Part shown: in pieces, positions 18,777 to 30,561 of the stretch
Layout: each line of letters begins with the position of its first letter
Numbering within the stretch: the first letter of the stretch is position 1
NCBI GenBank assembly: GCA_038065015.1
Contig: JBBTRU010000036.1
Location: 1 to 39,242, forward strand
Source: Patescibacteria group bacterium
GTDB taxonomy: Bacteria; Patescibacteriota; Patescibacteriia; PEXW01
Reading direction: 5' to 3'
DNA: 39,242 nucleotides
The notes under the pieces: model-generated
Told to the model about the DNA's origin: nothing
Databases searched by the model: none
Seen by the model: only the letters and a program-made list of their open reading frames with translations
Translations under genes and position numbers: made by a program

Positions 18777-19157
18777 TTACTTTTTGAGGAGAGTTTTGAC
18801 CTTATCAACGATTGCCGCCGGCGTAAAGTTGGTCTTGATAAAGTAGTCGGTAGCCCCAAACTCGCGGCCTTTTTGCACGTCTTCTTCCTGGCCGAGGTTC
18901 GTCAGCATGATAATAGGGGTAGTTTTGAATTCGCTGTCCGCGCGGAGCAGCTTGAGCGCTTGGAAGCCATCCATTTTCGGCATGATGATATCGAGGAGGA
19001 TAATGTCGGGCTTCATTTTTTTCACCAGGGCAATGCCGGCCTCGCCGTCGGCGGCGTGCTGCAAATCAAACCCTTCTTTGGTGAACTTCATGGTATACAT
19101 ATCGGCGATAAGCGGATCGTCCTCGATGAGGGCAACGGTAATTTTCTTGTCGGTCAT
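18777..19157 (-). CDS. Stand-alone CheY-like response-regulator receiver
   Basis: 126 aa with EDD, LLDIIMP, LTNLG and IKT receiver motifs. No output domain. Confidence 0.88.
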   Translation of the reverse strand: MTDKKITVALIEDDPLIADMYTMKFTKEGFDLQHAADGEAGIALVKKMKPDIILLDIIMPKMDGFQALKLLRADSEFKTTPIIMLTNLGQEEDVQKGREFGATDYFIKTNFTPAAIVDKVKTLLKK

Positions 19158-19202
19158 ATATAAGCAATGCTACCAGTGTGTTCGGGAAAAGGCAATCTAC
19201 GC

Positions 19203-20660
19203 TTAAGGGGCGACCAGGTTGGTAATGCCGCTCTCGGTCTCGAAGGCGGCGGCGGCGCGAAAAACTACATCTTCCCTAAAGCGCGGCCCCACGAACTGCC
19301 CGCCGACCGGGAGTTTCTGGCTAAAGCCAATCGGCAACGAAAGTGCTGGCACGTTGGCAATATTTGCGGGTGCGGTAAAAATATCCGAAAGGTACATGGT
19401 CAGCGGGTCATTCGCCTTCTCGCCCAGGGGAAAAGCAACCGAGGGCGAGGTGGGCCCGAACAGCACATCTACAATTTTGAAGGCATTATCAAACTCCCAG
19501 GCAACTGCCGCCTGCAACTGGTGGGCGCGATGGTAGAACTGGTCGGCATAGCCTTTGGAGAGCGCGTAGGTTCCGAGTAGCGTGCGGCGCTGCGGCTCGG
19601 CACCCAAGGCAGTGCCGCGCACGCGTGTGGTGTAGGCGGCGAAGGTTTCTTGCGGTTTGGGTTCCAAGGTAGTCCCGTAGCGGAGGCCGTCGTAACGGGC
19701 CAAGTTTGAACTCGACTCACTCGTGACGATAAGCGCGTAGATTGCTAGGCAAAGCTGCGCGTGCGGGATTGTCACCGGCACAATAGTGGCCCCGGCTTTC
19801 TCCAGGGTGCGTACGGCATCGGCAACCCGCTCGGCCACCCCGGGATCAACCCCTTTCATGTCTGCATCGGGCAGGACGCCTACGCGCATGCCTTGCAAGC
19901 CTTTGGTCAACGACGCGGCATCAACACGCGGCGCATCAACTGTGGTTGCGTCCGCACCATCTTGGCCGGCAATCGTTTGGAAAAGTCTAAACGCATCCGC
20001 GACGTTACGCGCAAACGGGCCAACCTGGTCTAGGGAAGATGCCAGGGCAACTACCCCCGCGCGCGAGACACGACCGTAGGTGGGCTTAAGGCCAACGAGG
20101 CCGCAGAAACTGGCGGGCTGTCGAATAGAACCGCCGGTATCCGACCCCAGCGCCACCAATGCCTCGCCGGCGGCAACAGCTGCGGCTGAACCGCCAGAAG
20201 AACCGCCAGGCACGCGGGTGGTATCCCAGGGATTGGTGGTTTTTTGAAAAGCCGAATTTTCCGTGGAAGAACCCATAGCAAATTCATCCAAGTTGGTTTT
20301 GCCGAGGATAACTGCACCGGCATCTATAAGCCGCTGAACAACCGTGGCCGTGTAGGGCGCTATGTAATTTTCTAAAATTTTTGAACCCGCAGTGGTTCGC
20401 GTCCCTACCAAACAAAGGTTGTCTTTGATTGCTACGGGTACACCAAAAAGGCCGGCAGGTTTTTCCCCGGCCGCCAGCCGCCGGTCGAGGGCTTCGGCCT
20501 GTTCGATTGCCGCGGTGGCCAGCACGGACAAGTACGCTTTAATCTTGCCATCCTGATGCGTAATGCTGTCCAGGTACGCACTGGTGACGGCTTCTACGGT
20601 CAAACTGCCGTTCTCGTATGCGGCGTGCAATTCGGTAATAGTCAGACGTTTCGGATCCAT
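19203..20660 (-). CDS. gatA: Glu/Asp-tRNA amidotransferase subunit A
   Basis: 485 aa with the amidase signature GGSSGGSAAAVA...GSDTGGSIRQPA. Confidence 0.95.
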   Translation of the reverse strand: MDPKRLTITELHAAYENGSLTVEAVTSAYLDSITHQDGKIKAYLSVLATAAIEQAEALDRRLAAGEKPAGLFGVPVAIKDNLCLVGTRTTAGSKILENYIAPYTATVVQRLIDAGAVILGKTNLDEFAMGSSTENSAFQKTTNPWDTTRVPGGSSGGSAAAVAAGEALVALGSDTGGSIRQPASFCGLVGLKPTYGRVSRAGVVALASSLDQVGPFARNVADAFRLFQTIAGQDGADATTVDAPRVDAASLTKGLQGMRVGVLPDADMKGVDPGVAERVADAVRTLEKAGATIVPVTIPHAQLCLAIYALIVTSESSSNLARYDGLRYGTTLEPKPQETFAAYTTRVRGTALGAEPQRRTLLGTYALSKGYADQFYHRAHQLQAAVAWEFDNAFKIVDVLFGPTSPSVAFPLGEKANDPLTMYLSDIFTAPANIANVPALSLPIGFSQKLPVGGQFVGPRFREDVVFRAAAAFETESGITNLVAP

Positions 20661-20663
20661 AGC

Positions 20664-20945
20664 TTAGGCAATGGGCGGGCTTACAACGAAGCGGCCCTCG
20701 CGTTTTGGGGCGAGCGCGGTTGCCCCGTCGGCATTTACGCTTACCACAATATCCTCGCGCAAGTGGTCTGCGGGTACTGCTGGACGCAGGTGGGCACTGG
20801 TTGCAGCAACGTCAGCTTCCGCCAGGCGCTCGGTATATTCCACAATACGGGAAAGCTGCTCGGCATAGGTCTGCCGCTGCTCGGGAGAAAGCGCCAGGCG
20901 GCCGAGCGTACCGAGTTTTACAATGTCGTCGTCCGAGAGGTGCAT
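20664..20945 (-). CDS. gatC: Glu/Asp-tRNA amidotransferase subunit C
   Basis: The ATG at 20945 gives MHLSDDDIVKLGTLGRLALSPEQ. The longer track ORF overlaps ligA. Confidence 0.85.
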   Translation of the reverse strand: MHLSDDDIVKLGTLGRLALSPEQRQTYAEQLSRIVEYTERLAEADVAATSAHLRPAVPADHLREDIVVSVNADGATALAPKREGRFVVSPPIA

Positions 20946-20949
20946 AGGC

Positions 20950-23893
<2,944 letters not shown>

Positions 23894-24020
23894 CTATATA
23901 ATATCCCCTCCTCTCGGAGGAGGGGTGTCCCGCTCGAGCGGGAGACGGGGTGGTTTAGTCGGGGAGACCATCGATCGGTGAAATTACCAATGATAATCCT
24001 CATCTCCTGCCTCGCTAAAA

Positions 24021-24086
24021 GGGTAGCCTGGGTCCCTTGACCCAGGCGTTGCCTCGGCGAGGTCAAGGGACCTCGCCTACCCCGCC
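24021..24086. repeat. Inverted pair of module W (GGGTAGnC..GGTCCCTTGACC)
   Basis: Copy at 24021-24048 and an inverted copy at 24054-24086. A third copy is at 34675-34703. Lies between convergent genes. Confidence 0.75.
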
Positions 24087-24099
24087 TTAGCAATAAAAC

Positions 24100-25401
24100 T
24101 TACGGGCAATACCCCTCGTCCGACGTGCTAAAGGCCGGGCGGGTGAGGAGTTCAAACTTTTCTAGGGTAGCTGGCTTATTGACAAAGGTAACAGTCTGAC
24201 CAACATTACTGGAGAACGTGTATGGCAAGGGCATAATGCAGCTCGAAGCATTCAGGGTGGCAATATTTTGCAGGCCACCCGTGCCGGTCGTATTCACAGT
24301 TGCCCCAGTTGCTGTCCATCCGCCGCTACCATCGGCTGCTTTCAAACGCAGGTAGTACGTGCAAGGCGCAAGGTTACATTCGTATAGTGGATCTGTACTG
24401 GCAACACCCAGCAACGTGCATACGCCGCCCGGACAAGTTATTACATCCGCATCGTATGGCCCATACCGCTTGAGCTCGTTGGCAATTTGAATGGGAATGT
24501 CCTTCTTCAATTCTTTTTCGCTAAAGATAACAAAGTCGAACAAGCCCGAGAGCGGCAAGGACCAAGGGAAGAGCGCTGCCAAGGCCTGCTTCTGCCCGGC
24601 GGCGCTGCTAATGGACTTCACCTGGATCTGCGAGGTAACCGCAGGGTCGGTGAACACCCTAAAATTTGCGACATCACCGTTTGCAGGTGAAGGCAAACGA
24701 AGTGGAGTAACGCGTATGCGGAAGCCAGCAAAATCTCCCCCAAGTGGATAGGCGGGGTAGAACTGGGTAATGGGCACACTAAACCCATATCCATTGCTGC
24801 CACTGATACCGCAGCCGCTGGTACTGTGGAAACTACTGTAGCTTACTAAAATTTTCTGAGTTCGGGAGAGATTTAGCAGGGTGTCCCACGCTACCCAACT
24901 CACCTCCAGCACTTCGTCATCGCCGCCAGAACTCTCAGCGTACACACAGAGCGCTGGGGTTGTGCCGATCGACGAAATAGAAGTATCCACATTGTAAAGC
25001 TCCACAAAGACGCTCTGGTTCTCTTTCACCGTCTGGTACACCGAAGCTTCGCTGCCAACTTGAGCACTGGCGCTCAAAAGCCCGCCGGTTGATGGGTAGA
25101 AGTACGAACTATTTTCGTCATCTACGCTCCCACTGTTCTGACCAGGCAACGTCGCCGTTGTCAACTGTGCGAGCGCACTTGAGAGCGTACCCGACTTGAG
25201 AGCATTCAGCTTGTTCAAGCCCAGCTCCATGCCCGACTCGGTAGCGTAGTACCCTTGGTGGCCTTCTTTAACCACGGCGTTAATGCGCACCTGGAACACC
25301 AGCACCGTGCTTAAGGTAACGCCAATAGCTACCACCGACGACATAATCATTATCGCCAGCAGCAGGGTAATGCCTTTGGGTTGGCGACGTTTACGGGACA
25401 T
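24100..25401 (-). CDS. PilX-like large minor pilin (433 aa)
   Basis: MSRKRRQPKG|ITLLLAIMIM has a prepilin-like leader without Glu+5. Last gene of the minor-pilin block, with an 11-nt overlap with the upstream gene. Confidence 0.7.
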   Translation of the reverse strand: MSRKRRQPKGITLLLAIMIMSSVVAIGVTLSTVLVFQVRINAVVKEGHQGYYATESGMELGLNKLNALKSGTLSSALAQLTTATLPGQNSGSVDDENSSYFYPSTGGLLSASAQVGSEASVYQTVKENQSVFVELYNVDTSISSIGTTPALCVYAESSGGDDEVLEVSWVAWDTLLNLSRTQKILVSYSSFHSTSGCGISGSNGYGFSVPITQFYPAYPLGGDFAGFRIRVTPLRLPSPANGDVANFRVFTDPAVTSQIQVKSISSAAGQKQALAALFPWSLPLSGLFDFVIFSEKELKKDIPIQIANELKRYGPYDADVITCPGGVCTLLGVASTDPLYECNLAPCTYYLRLKAADGSGGWTATGATVNTTGTGGLQNIATLNASSCIMPLPYTFSSNVGQTVTFVNKPATLEKFELLTRPAFSTSDEGYCP

Positions 25402-26227
25402 AGGTATTCAAGCGGTCAAGATTTTTGAATATGCGGCTGGCAACCGTGGTCTGGAAAATCTGGCTCACGGTCTGCTGGCCGCTGGTGCGCGAGACTTCCA
25501 GGCTGTAGGTAACGCGTGGGTGCAGCGAAACTGTATCACCGAATTTCTGTGGGAAGCAGTAGCATTTCCCGCCACGCTCGTTTTGGCATGTATCGGCCAC
25601 ATCCGGATTTTCGCAAATCGTCCCCCACCGACAATTCAGCTCCGTGAAAGAAGGTGGACTCTCGGTCCCACATTCCATTGCAACCTGCGCGGCAAACGGA
25701 TCTTCCGACGGGGAAATAAAAAAAGTAAAGCTACTCACGGTTAAATTTGGGGGAGAAATATCGGTATTGTCCCAAGCAGTAGTCAGTGAAGCATCATTAC
25801 ATGCAACTGTCACCGGCGCAATGGGCACCATACGTTGAATTGTCTTTGTCGTACTGTTCAATCGGTATAAAATTTGCGTATTCAGCGCATCACGTACTAC
25901 GAGACATTCATTGCCGGTACCGGTTAAAGCAGCAAAAAGTTTTTTCGGCTCGCCAACAAGAAAGGTTGAGTAGTACGAATAGTCCACGCTCCCTTCCCGC
26001 AAGTCTTTGGCAATTTGCTCCACCACGGCCCGGGCGTCGTTTTGCAATTCTTGCTGGTTGAGCGCCCGGCGTTGCTGCTGCACAAAAATGAGAAAAACGT
26101 TAACCGCCATGAGCGCCGTAATCGAGAAAATTGCCATGGTAACAAGTACTTCTATCAGAGTAAACCCAGCACCACTTTTCCGGGCAGCCCAAGAATTCAC
26201 CGGCAAAGTGGTGCTGGGTGAACCCAT
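25391..26227 (-). CDS. PilW/GspJ-like minor pilin
   Basis: The ATG at 26227 lies 17 nt after the upstream stop. It gives MGSPSTTLPVNSWAARKSGAG|FTLIEVLVTMAIFS. The longer track ORF overlaps the upstream gene. Confidence 0.75.
   Translation of the reverse strand: MGSPSTTLPVNSWAARKSGAGFTLIEVLVTMAIFSITALMAVNVFLIFVQQQRRALNQQELQNDARAVVEQIAKDLREGSVDYSYYSTFLVGEPKKLFAALTGTGNECLVVRDALNTQILYRLNSTTKTIQRMVPIAPVTVACNDASLTTAWDNTDISPPNLTVSSFTFFISPSEDPFAAQVAMECGTESPPSFTELNCRWGTICENPDVADTCQNERGGKCYCFPQKFGDTVSLHPRVTYSLEVSRTSGQQTVSQIFQTTVASRIFKNLDRLNTYVP
26164..26219. repeat. 56-nt palindrome (20-bp arms, 16-nt loop) encoding a prepilin leader
   Basis: ACCCAGCACCACTTTTCCGG-gcagcccaagaattca-CCGGCAAAGTGGTGCTGGGT, with one arm mismatch. 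Confidence 0.9.
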
Positions 26228-26243
26228 ACTTTGCTTGTGACTT

Positions 26244-27392
26244 CTAAAGTGAAATCCAATCATAGAGGAATTCCTGGTAGCGGACTCTTGTCGCACTATC
26301 GGCTTTTGGCCAGCGTACTTCGCTGGTGACCAGTGCGCCAACATTAGTCGTTTCAGTGTCCCAGTCATCGGCAGCGTGATTTCCTTGGTTATTGTTGGCC
26401 GCAACGTAATCGGTACAGTTCGAAGCGCTTCCGCTATCCACAACGAGTTCATGGGTAGTAATTGTGGGTGGATTTGTACCATTATCAGTTATTGTCCCAC
26501 GGCAAATCGGCTGCAAACTTACCACTCGGTAGTATTTACTCTGCACAACGCCCGAGTCCACCGGTGAATTTTGCAACTGCAGGTACGTACCTTGGTATGT
26601 ATACACCTTGGCCCGATTGTCATCCCACACTTCCTCTGGATGACCTGATGCTGTGTATTGCCCGTCTTGGAGCAAAGTACTGGCAAGCAGGGGGTTGTAA
26701 AAGGTTAATTGCCCATCGGGAGAATTGCCGGGCGGCACGCTTGTAGCAACCGATGGGTAGGCAAAGCCGAACTGGAAAGATTGCTCGAGGATCAAATCTT
26801 TGAGTGTCGTTACGTCAGCGACGTTCGTAGTGTCATCGTCACGATAGTCGCAATCCGCAGGCGCATTTGCGAGACGGGGGGGGCCACCCACACCCTCGCA
26901 ACCCGTAGGCATTGGCCAACTTTTAAATAAGTAATTCCCTAAGACTTGCACATCGCAATCACGCGAACTCGTGAGAGCAATATCATCATCATTATTGGTG
27001 GTGCACACATTCGAAACACCCACTGTGCATGCTGGGTCACTAGGATGAATAACCTTACATACCGCGCCTTCCATATTGCCCAGATCATAGGTGGTTAGGT
27101 ATATTGTTGGATCACTAGTTTTCAAGGCATTTTCAAAAAGGTACGAACTCCAACTCACCAGCGGGTCTTCAACTTTGCGCAGCGATCCCGAGTTGCGCAG
27201 GCTGTAGGCAATTTCCAAACCTTCCCGCGCCAAACTTTGGCCCACAATCCGGTCCTGGTTGGCGCGGCCCAGGTTGATGCTGGTGTTGACCAGCACCAGC
27301 GAGCCCACCACGCCCACCAGAATAACCCCGATGGCAATAACGCCTTCGAGCAAGACGATCCCGGCTGGGTGTTTAGAACGTACAGTCGCCAT
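26244..27392 (-). CDS. PilV-like large minor pilin (382 aa)
   Basis: MATVRSKHPAG|IVLLEGVIAIGV has Glu+5. Cys-rich body. Confidence 0.72.
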   Translation of the reverse strand: MATVRSKHPAGIVLLEGVIAIGVILVGVVGSLVLVNTSINLGRANQDRIVGQSLAREGLEIAYSLRNSGSLRKVEDPLVSWSSYLFENALKTSDPTIYLTTYDLGNMEGAVCKVIHPSDPACTVGVSNVCTTNNDDDIALTSSRDCDVQVLGNYLFKSWPMPTGCEGVGGPPRLANAPADCDYRDDDTTNVADVTTLKDLILEQSFQFGFAYPSVATSVPPGNSPDGQLTFYNPLLASTLLQDGQYTASGHPEEVWDDNRAKVYTYQGTYLQLQNSPVDSGVVQSKYYRVVSLQPICRGTITDNGTNPPTITTHELVVDSGSASNCTDYVAANNNQGNHAADDWDTETTNVGALVTSEVRWPKADSATRVRYQEFLYDWISL

Positions 27393-28326
27393 CGGGTATG
27401 TGGGTTATCACGCCTTCTTTGGTAACGCGGACAATGCGGCAATCACTCGTCGGTCGAGTCTTTAGTGCCACCATGAGCTGCACTTCTTTCCATAGTTTTC
27501 CACCCGTAAGGTTCCAGGGCGCCCCAGCGGTAGGGGTTTTTATGCTCACGTTGTCCGAGAGCACGATTGTGCGGCCGTCGGGCGAGGAAAAGTCTACAAT
27601 GGCCTGCAATGGGTAGGTGTCAGAGATAGTACCCGCGGCGGGTTGGGGGGCGGGTTCGGTTTTGTTACGCCAGGGAGAGCCATCGTCACAGGTAACTGCT
27701 ACCGCCGATTCCGCTTCGATAAGCTGGATATCTAGCAAGGTAACGCGCGGGTCAAAGCTATATGCTGTTCGTATGGTATCACCTTTGTAGTAATTCGTGC
27801 TGCCAATCTTGTCGCTACTAAACAAATAATCTTTACCGGTGTCCATATTCTTGAACGCGTTTGTGAGCACGTCCCAGTTGGGGTCGCCCGACGAAAATGG
27901 GAAGCAGCTGCCCAGGCACATCACCCGGTCACCGAACATGAAGTATTGGGTGAGGTCTGGCCAATGATTGTCGCCAAAACTAATCCCGTCCTGGCAGCTG
28001 AAAAACATGCCGTAGCCGCCGCTGGCCGTGGTGTGCGTGCATGCATTAGCACCTGTGCCAGTATTTGTGCAGTCAGTATCCGTAGTGCACTCCATATCCA
28101 GATTTTGCACGCCACAGAAACCCGAGACCTGGCCGCCAATGGTGTGCTCTTGGGCAAAGCGCAGGCGGGAGACGAGCAACGCCGTCTCGCGGGAGAGTAG
28201 GCTATCGTCACTCCCCCGCCGATAGTTGGCGACAACCAGGCCGAAGAGAAGAGAAAAAATGCCCAAGGTTACAATAATCTCCACCAACGTGAATCCGGCT
28301 TTACGGCTAGAAGGTACAATCCGCAT
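27373..28326 (-). CDS. GspH/FimU-like minor pilin (317 aa)
   Basis: MRIVPSSRKAG|FTLVEIIVTLGIFS...ANYRRGSDDS...RLRFAQE. Ends DGDCTF. Confidence 0.78.
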   Translation of the reverse strand: MRIVPSSRKAGFTLVEIIVTLGIFSLLFGLVVANYRRGSDDSLLSRETALLVSRLRFAQEHTIGGQVSGFCGVQNLDMECTTDTDCTNTGTGANACTHTTASGGYGMFFSCQDGISFGDNHWPDLTQYFMFGDRVMCLGSCFPFSSGDPNWDVLTNAFKNMDTGKDYLFSSDKIGSTNYYKGDTIRTAYSFDPRVTLLDIQLIEAESAVAVTCDDGSPWRNKTEPAPQPAAGTISDTYPLQAIVDFSSPDGRTIVLSDNVSIKTPTAGAPWNLTGGKLWKEVQLMVALKTRPTSDCRIVRVTKEGVITHIPDGDCTF

Positions 28327-29749
28327 CGCCGCTTTGGGAAATCGCCCCCGTTTGATCTACGGTAATTACCCGGCAATCTTTAGTACGTTTGACAATGCCC
28401 AGTATTACTTCAGCCTTAGCCCATGGATTATTCGGGTCTATTTGCCAAGTTGCCGTAGGTGGACTGCTGGTAACATTATCGTTGATCTGCACCTTACGAC
28501 CGTCAGGGGGCAAGAATCGAACTACGGCCTGGATGGGATAATTTTGATTATCACCGACTGGTGCTAACCCAGAGTCAATTGACCCATTAGGTAATGAGGG
28601 TGAATTTGTATTTGGTACGCCTCCAGGATTTGTTACACTATTATTTATTCGCCATCTTGAAGTATTCGTACATTGAGAACTCGTCACGCCATCAAGTGCC
28701 GTAATACGAATATCACGTACTTCTACATCGTTACTCAAAGTATACATTTCCTTTAAAGTGTCGCCACGATACCCGGGGAAAGACTGCCCATGCCATAAGT
28801 AATGAATTACACCATCACTAATATACTGCCCTTGCCAGGGTTTATATGGGTTTATTGGAATAGTTCCTGATTGGAAACAACCCTGTTTATTAGAGCCATC
28901 ATCATTTACAGATTGTTTGCAAGCAAGTACATCTGCAAAAATACTGTAACTTCTTTTACCGTAGTAATTAATTGGGTAACTATTATTCGAAACGACTGTT
29001 GGACTCCCTATAGTATGTGGATATTGAAATGGAATGTACCCCTTATTTGGTCCCTCTGTGTTATCTACAGCCGCAACAATGGTGCAAGAGAAAACTACCG
29101 CGTATCCACCGGGTGGGCTTTTTTCATCTGTGCACACATCATACTCAGTCGCAGTACCTGTGATACCTAGACAATTTGTTGGTGCTTTACACCTACAGTC
29201 AGCATCAGTCACGCACTGTTGCCCAGAAAAGAACGAACAGTATTTTACGGTCCTCCCGCTCGACGTAAGCTCTTGGGCGTAGCGCATATTTGCCATGACC
29301 AAATTTACCTCCCGATTGAGCACGCTGTCTTTGTTGCCTCGGGTGTAATTGGCCAAGAAAAAAGCGAGCATCGCAAAGGTAATGCCCATAGCGACAGTTA
29401 TTTCTACAAGTGTGAACCCAGCACCACTTTGCCGGTGGGCTCTTGGGATGCCCGGCAAAGTGGTGCTGGGTAAATCCCCGCTCGCATCATGTTTTTTTAC
29501 TGCACTAAAACCAAGTCTTTTTCTTAACTCACGTATCGCGTTGCCATTATGCTTAAGGTTGTGTTCACGCATACGAGCTATTTGTTCTTCTTTAAATGCT
29601 TCATAGTAAACCAATTGCCAAGGTTTATACCGTTTCGTAGCCGGACTCTTACCGTCATTATGTTCTTCTATTCTGCGTTGTAGGTCACGGGTAGAACCGA
29701 CATAATACTCACTGCGTTTTAGACTCTTGAGGAGATAGACGTAAAACAT
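28307..29749 (-). CDS. GIY-YIG nuclease domain fused in frame to a GspH/FimU-like minor pilin
   Basis: The ATG at 29749 gives MFYVYLLKS..YYVGSTRDLQRRIEEHN..WQLVYYE. There is no stop before ...RQSGAG|FTLVEITVAMG...ANYTRGNKDS. Ends DADCTF. Confidence 0.7.
   Translation of the reverse strand: MFYVYLLKSLKRSEYYVGSTRDLQRRIEEHNDGKSPATKRYKPWQLVYYEAFKEEQIARMREHNLKHNGNAIRELRKRLGFSAVKKHDASGDLPSTTLPGIPRAHRQSGAGFTLVEITVAMGITFAMLAFFLANYTRGNKDSVLNREVNLVMANMRYAQELTSSGRTVKYCSFFSGQQCVTDADCRCKAPTNCLGITGTATEYDVCTDEKSPPGGYAVVFSCTIVAAVDNTEGPNKGYIPFQYPHTIGSPTVVSNNSYPINYYGKRSYSIFADVLACKQSVNDDGSNKQGCFQSGTIPINPYKPWQGQYISDGVIHYLWHGQSFPGYRGDTLKEMYTLSNDVEVRDIRITALDGVTSSQCTNTSRWRINNSVTNPGGVPNTNSPSLPNGSIDSGLAPVGDNQNYPIQAVVRFLPPDGRKVQINDNVTSSPPTATWQIDPNNPWAKAEVILGIVKRTKDCRVITVDQTGAISQSGDADCTF
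29416..29471. repeat. 56-nt perfect palindrome encoding a prepilin leader, loop inverted relative to 26164-26219
   Basis: ACCCAGCACCACTTTGCCGG-tgggctcttgggatgc-CCGGCAAAGTGGTGCTGGGT. Confidence 0.9.
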
Positions 29750-29766
29750 GCAAAGTGGTGCTGGGT
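29455..29766 (-). mobile_element. Candidate GIY-YIG gene cassette bracketed by a 17-nt direct repeat
   Basis: GCAAAGTGGTGCTGGGT occurs at 29455-29471 and 29750-29766. The interior is AT-rich (29581-29640 counted at 20/60 GC versus 39/60 for 36181-36240). Confidence 0.5.
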
Positions 29767-30560
29767 CATAAGCCAATCATATTCTGGTACCAGTTTACCA
29801 CGCTGGGGCCAAAAATGTAGGCCGCAATGCCCGCCGCACCCAGGAACACTCCAAAAGGGAGCTGGCTTTTGAGCCTTACCCTGCCCCGGGCCAGCAAATA
29901 GGCCGCCCACACGCTGCCGCTTAGGTACGAGGCGAAGAGCGCCAAAATAACCCCGGGCAACCCCAGGTATGCGCCGAGGATAGCCCCAATGCGGATATCG
30001 CCGCTGCCCACCCACTTCCCCCGCGAAAAATACCATTGCAGCCAGAACCAGCCAGCACCGATGGTTATGGCGAGGATGAGGGATACAAGCTGGGAGCTTA
30101 ACGCGGAGGACTGGCCACTGAAAATCCGGGCAAGCTGAAGGACGAACAGAATTGCCAGGGTGGGCAGGCTTATGCTGTCAGGTACAATTTTATGCCGCCC
30201 GTCAATGAATGCGAGTACCAGCAGGCTGCACGCGCCAATTGCGCCGATGAAAAATTCTAACGAGAGGCCAAACCGCGAAAAAAGTAATATGAAAATAATC
30301 GCCGTGAGCATTTCGACAATAATGTACTGGGGGCTTATGGGCTTGTGGCAAAACCGGCAGCGGCCGCGGAGAAACAGGTAGCTAACAATCGGCACCAAGT
30401 CTGGGCCCTTGAGCACTTTTTTGCAGTGCATGCACCGCGAGCGCTGGTTGAGGTTCAAAAACTTTCGGCGCTTGGGCAAGCGAAAAATGACGACGTTCAA
30501 AAAACTGCCGATGATAGCGCCAAGCAGGAAGAGGAAGATGGGGATGACAAGTGAGGGCAT
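29766..30560 (-). CDS. pilD: Prepilin peptidase / N-methyltransferase (A24 family)
   Basis: The ATG at 30560 gives MPSLVIPIFLF. CMHC...CRFC Zn motif, FIDGRHKIVPD and GSGDIRIGA catalytic Asp motifs. Confidence 0.88.
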   Translation of the reverse strand: MPSLVIPIFLFLLGAIIGSFLNVVIFRLPKRRKFLNLNQRSRCMHCKKVLKGPDLVPIVSYLFLRGRCRFCHKPISPQYIIVEMLTAIIFILLFSRFGLSLEFFIGAIGACSLLVLAFIDGRHKIVPDSISLPTLAILFVLQLARIFSGQSSALSSQLVSLILAITIGAGWFWLQWYFSRGKWVGSGDIRIGAILGAYLGLPGVILALFASYLSGSVWAAYLLARGRVRLKSQLPFGVFLGAAGIAAYIFGPSVVNWYQNMIGL

Positions 30561-30561
30561 A

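Noticed and set aside
29750-29776. TTG start at 29776 (MAYDPAPLC...) for the GIY-YIG fusion ORF
   Set aside because: It would overlap pilD by 11 nt and translate the repeat arm. The GIY-YIG family N-terminus (MFYVYLLKS) begins at the ATG at 29749.
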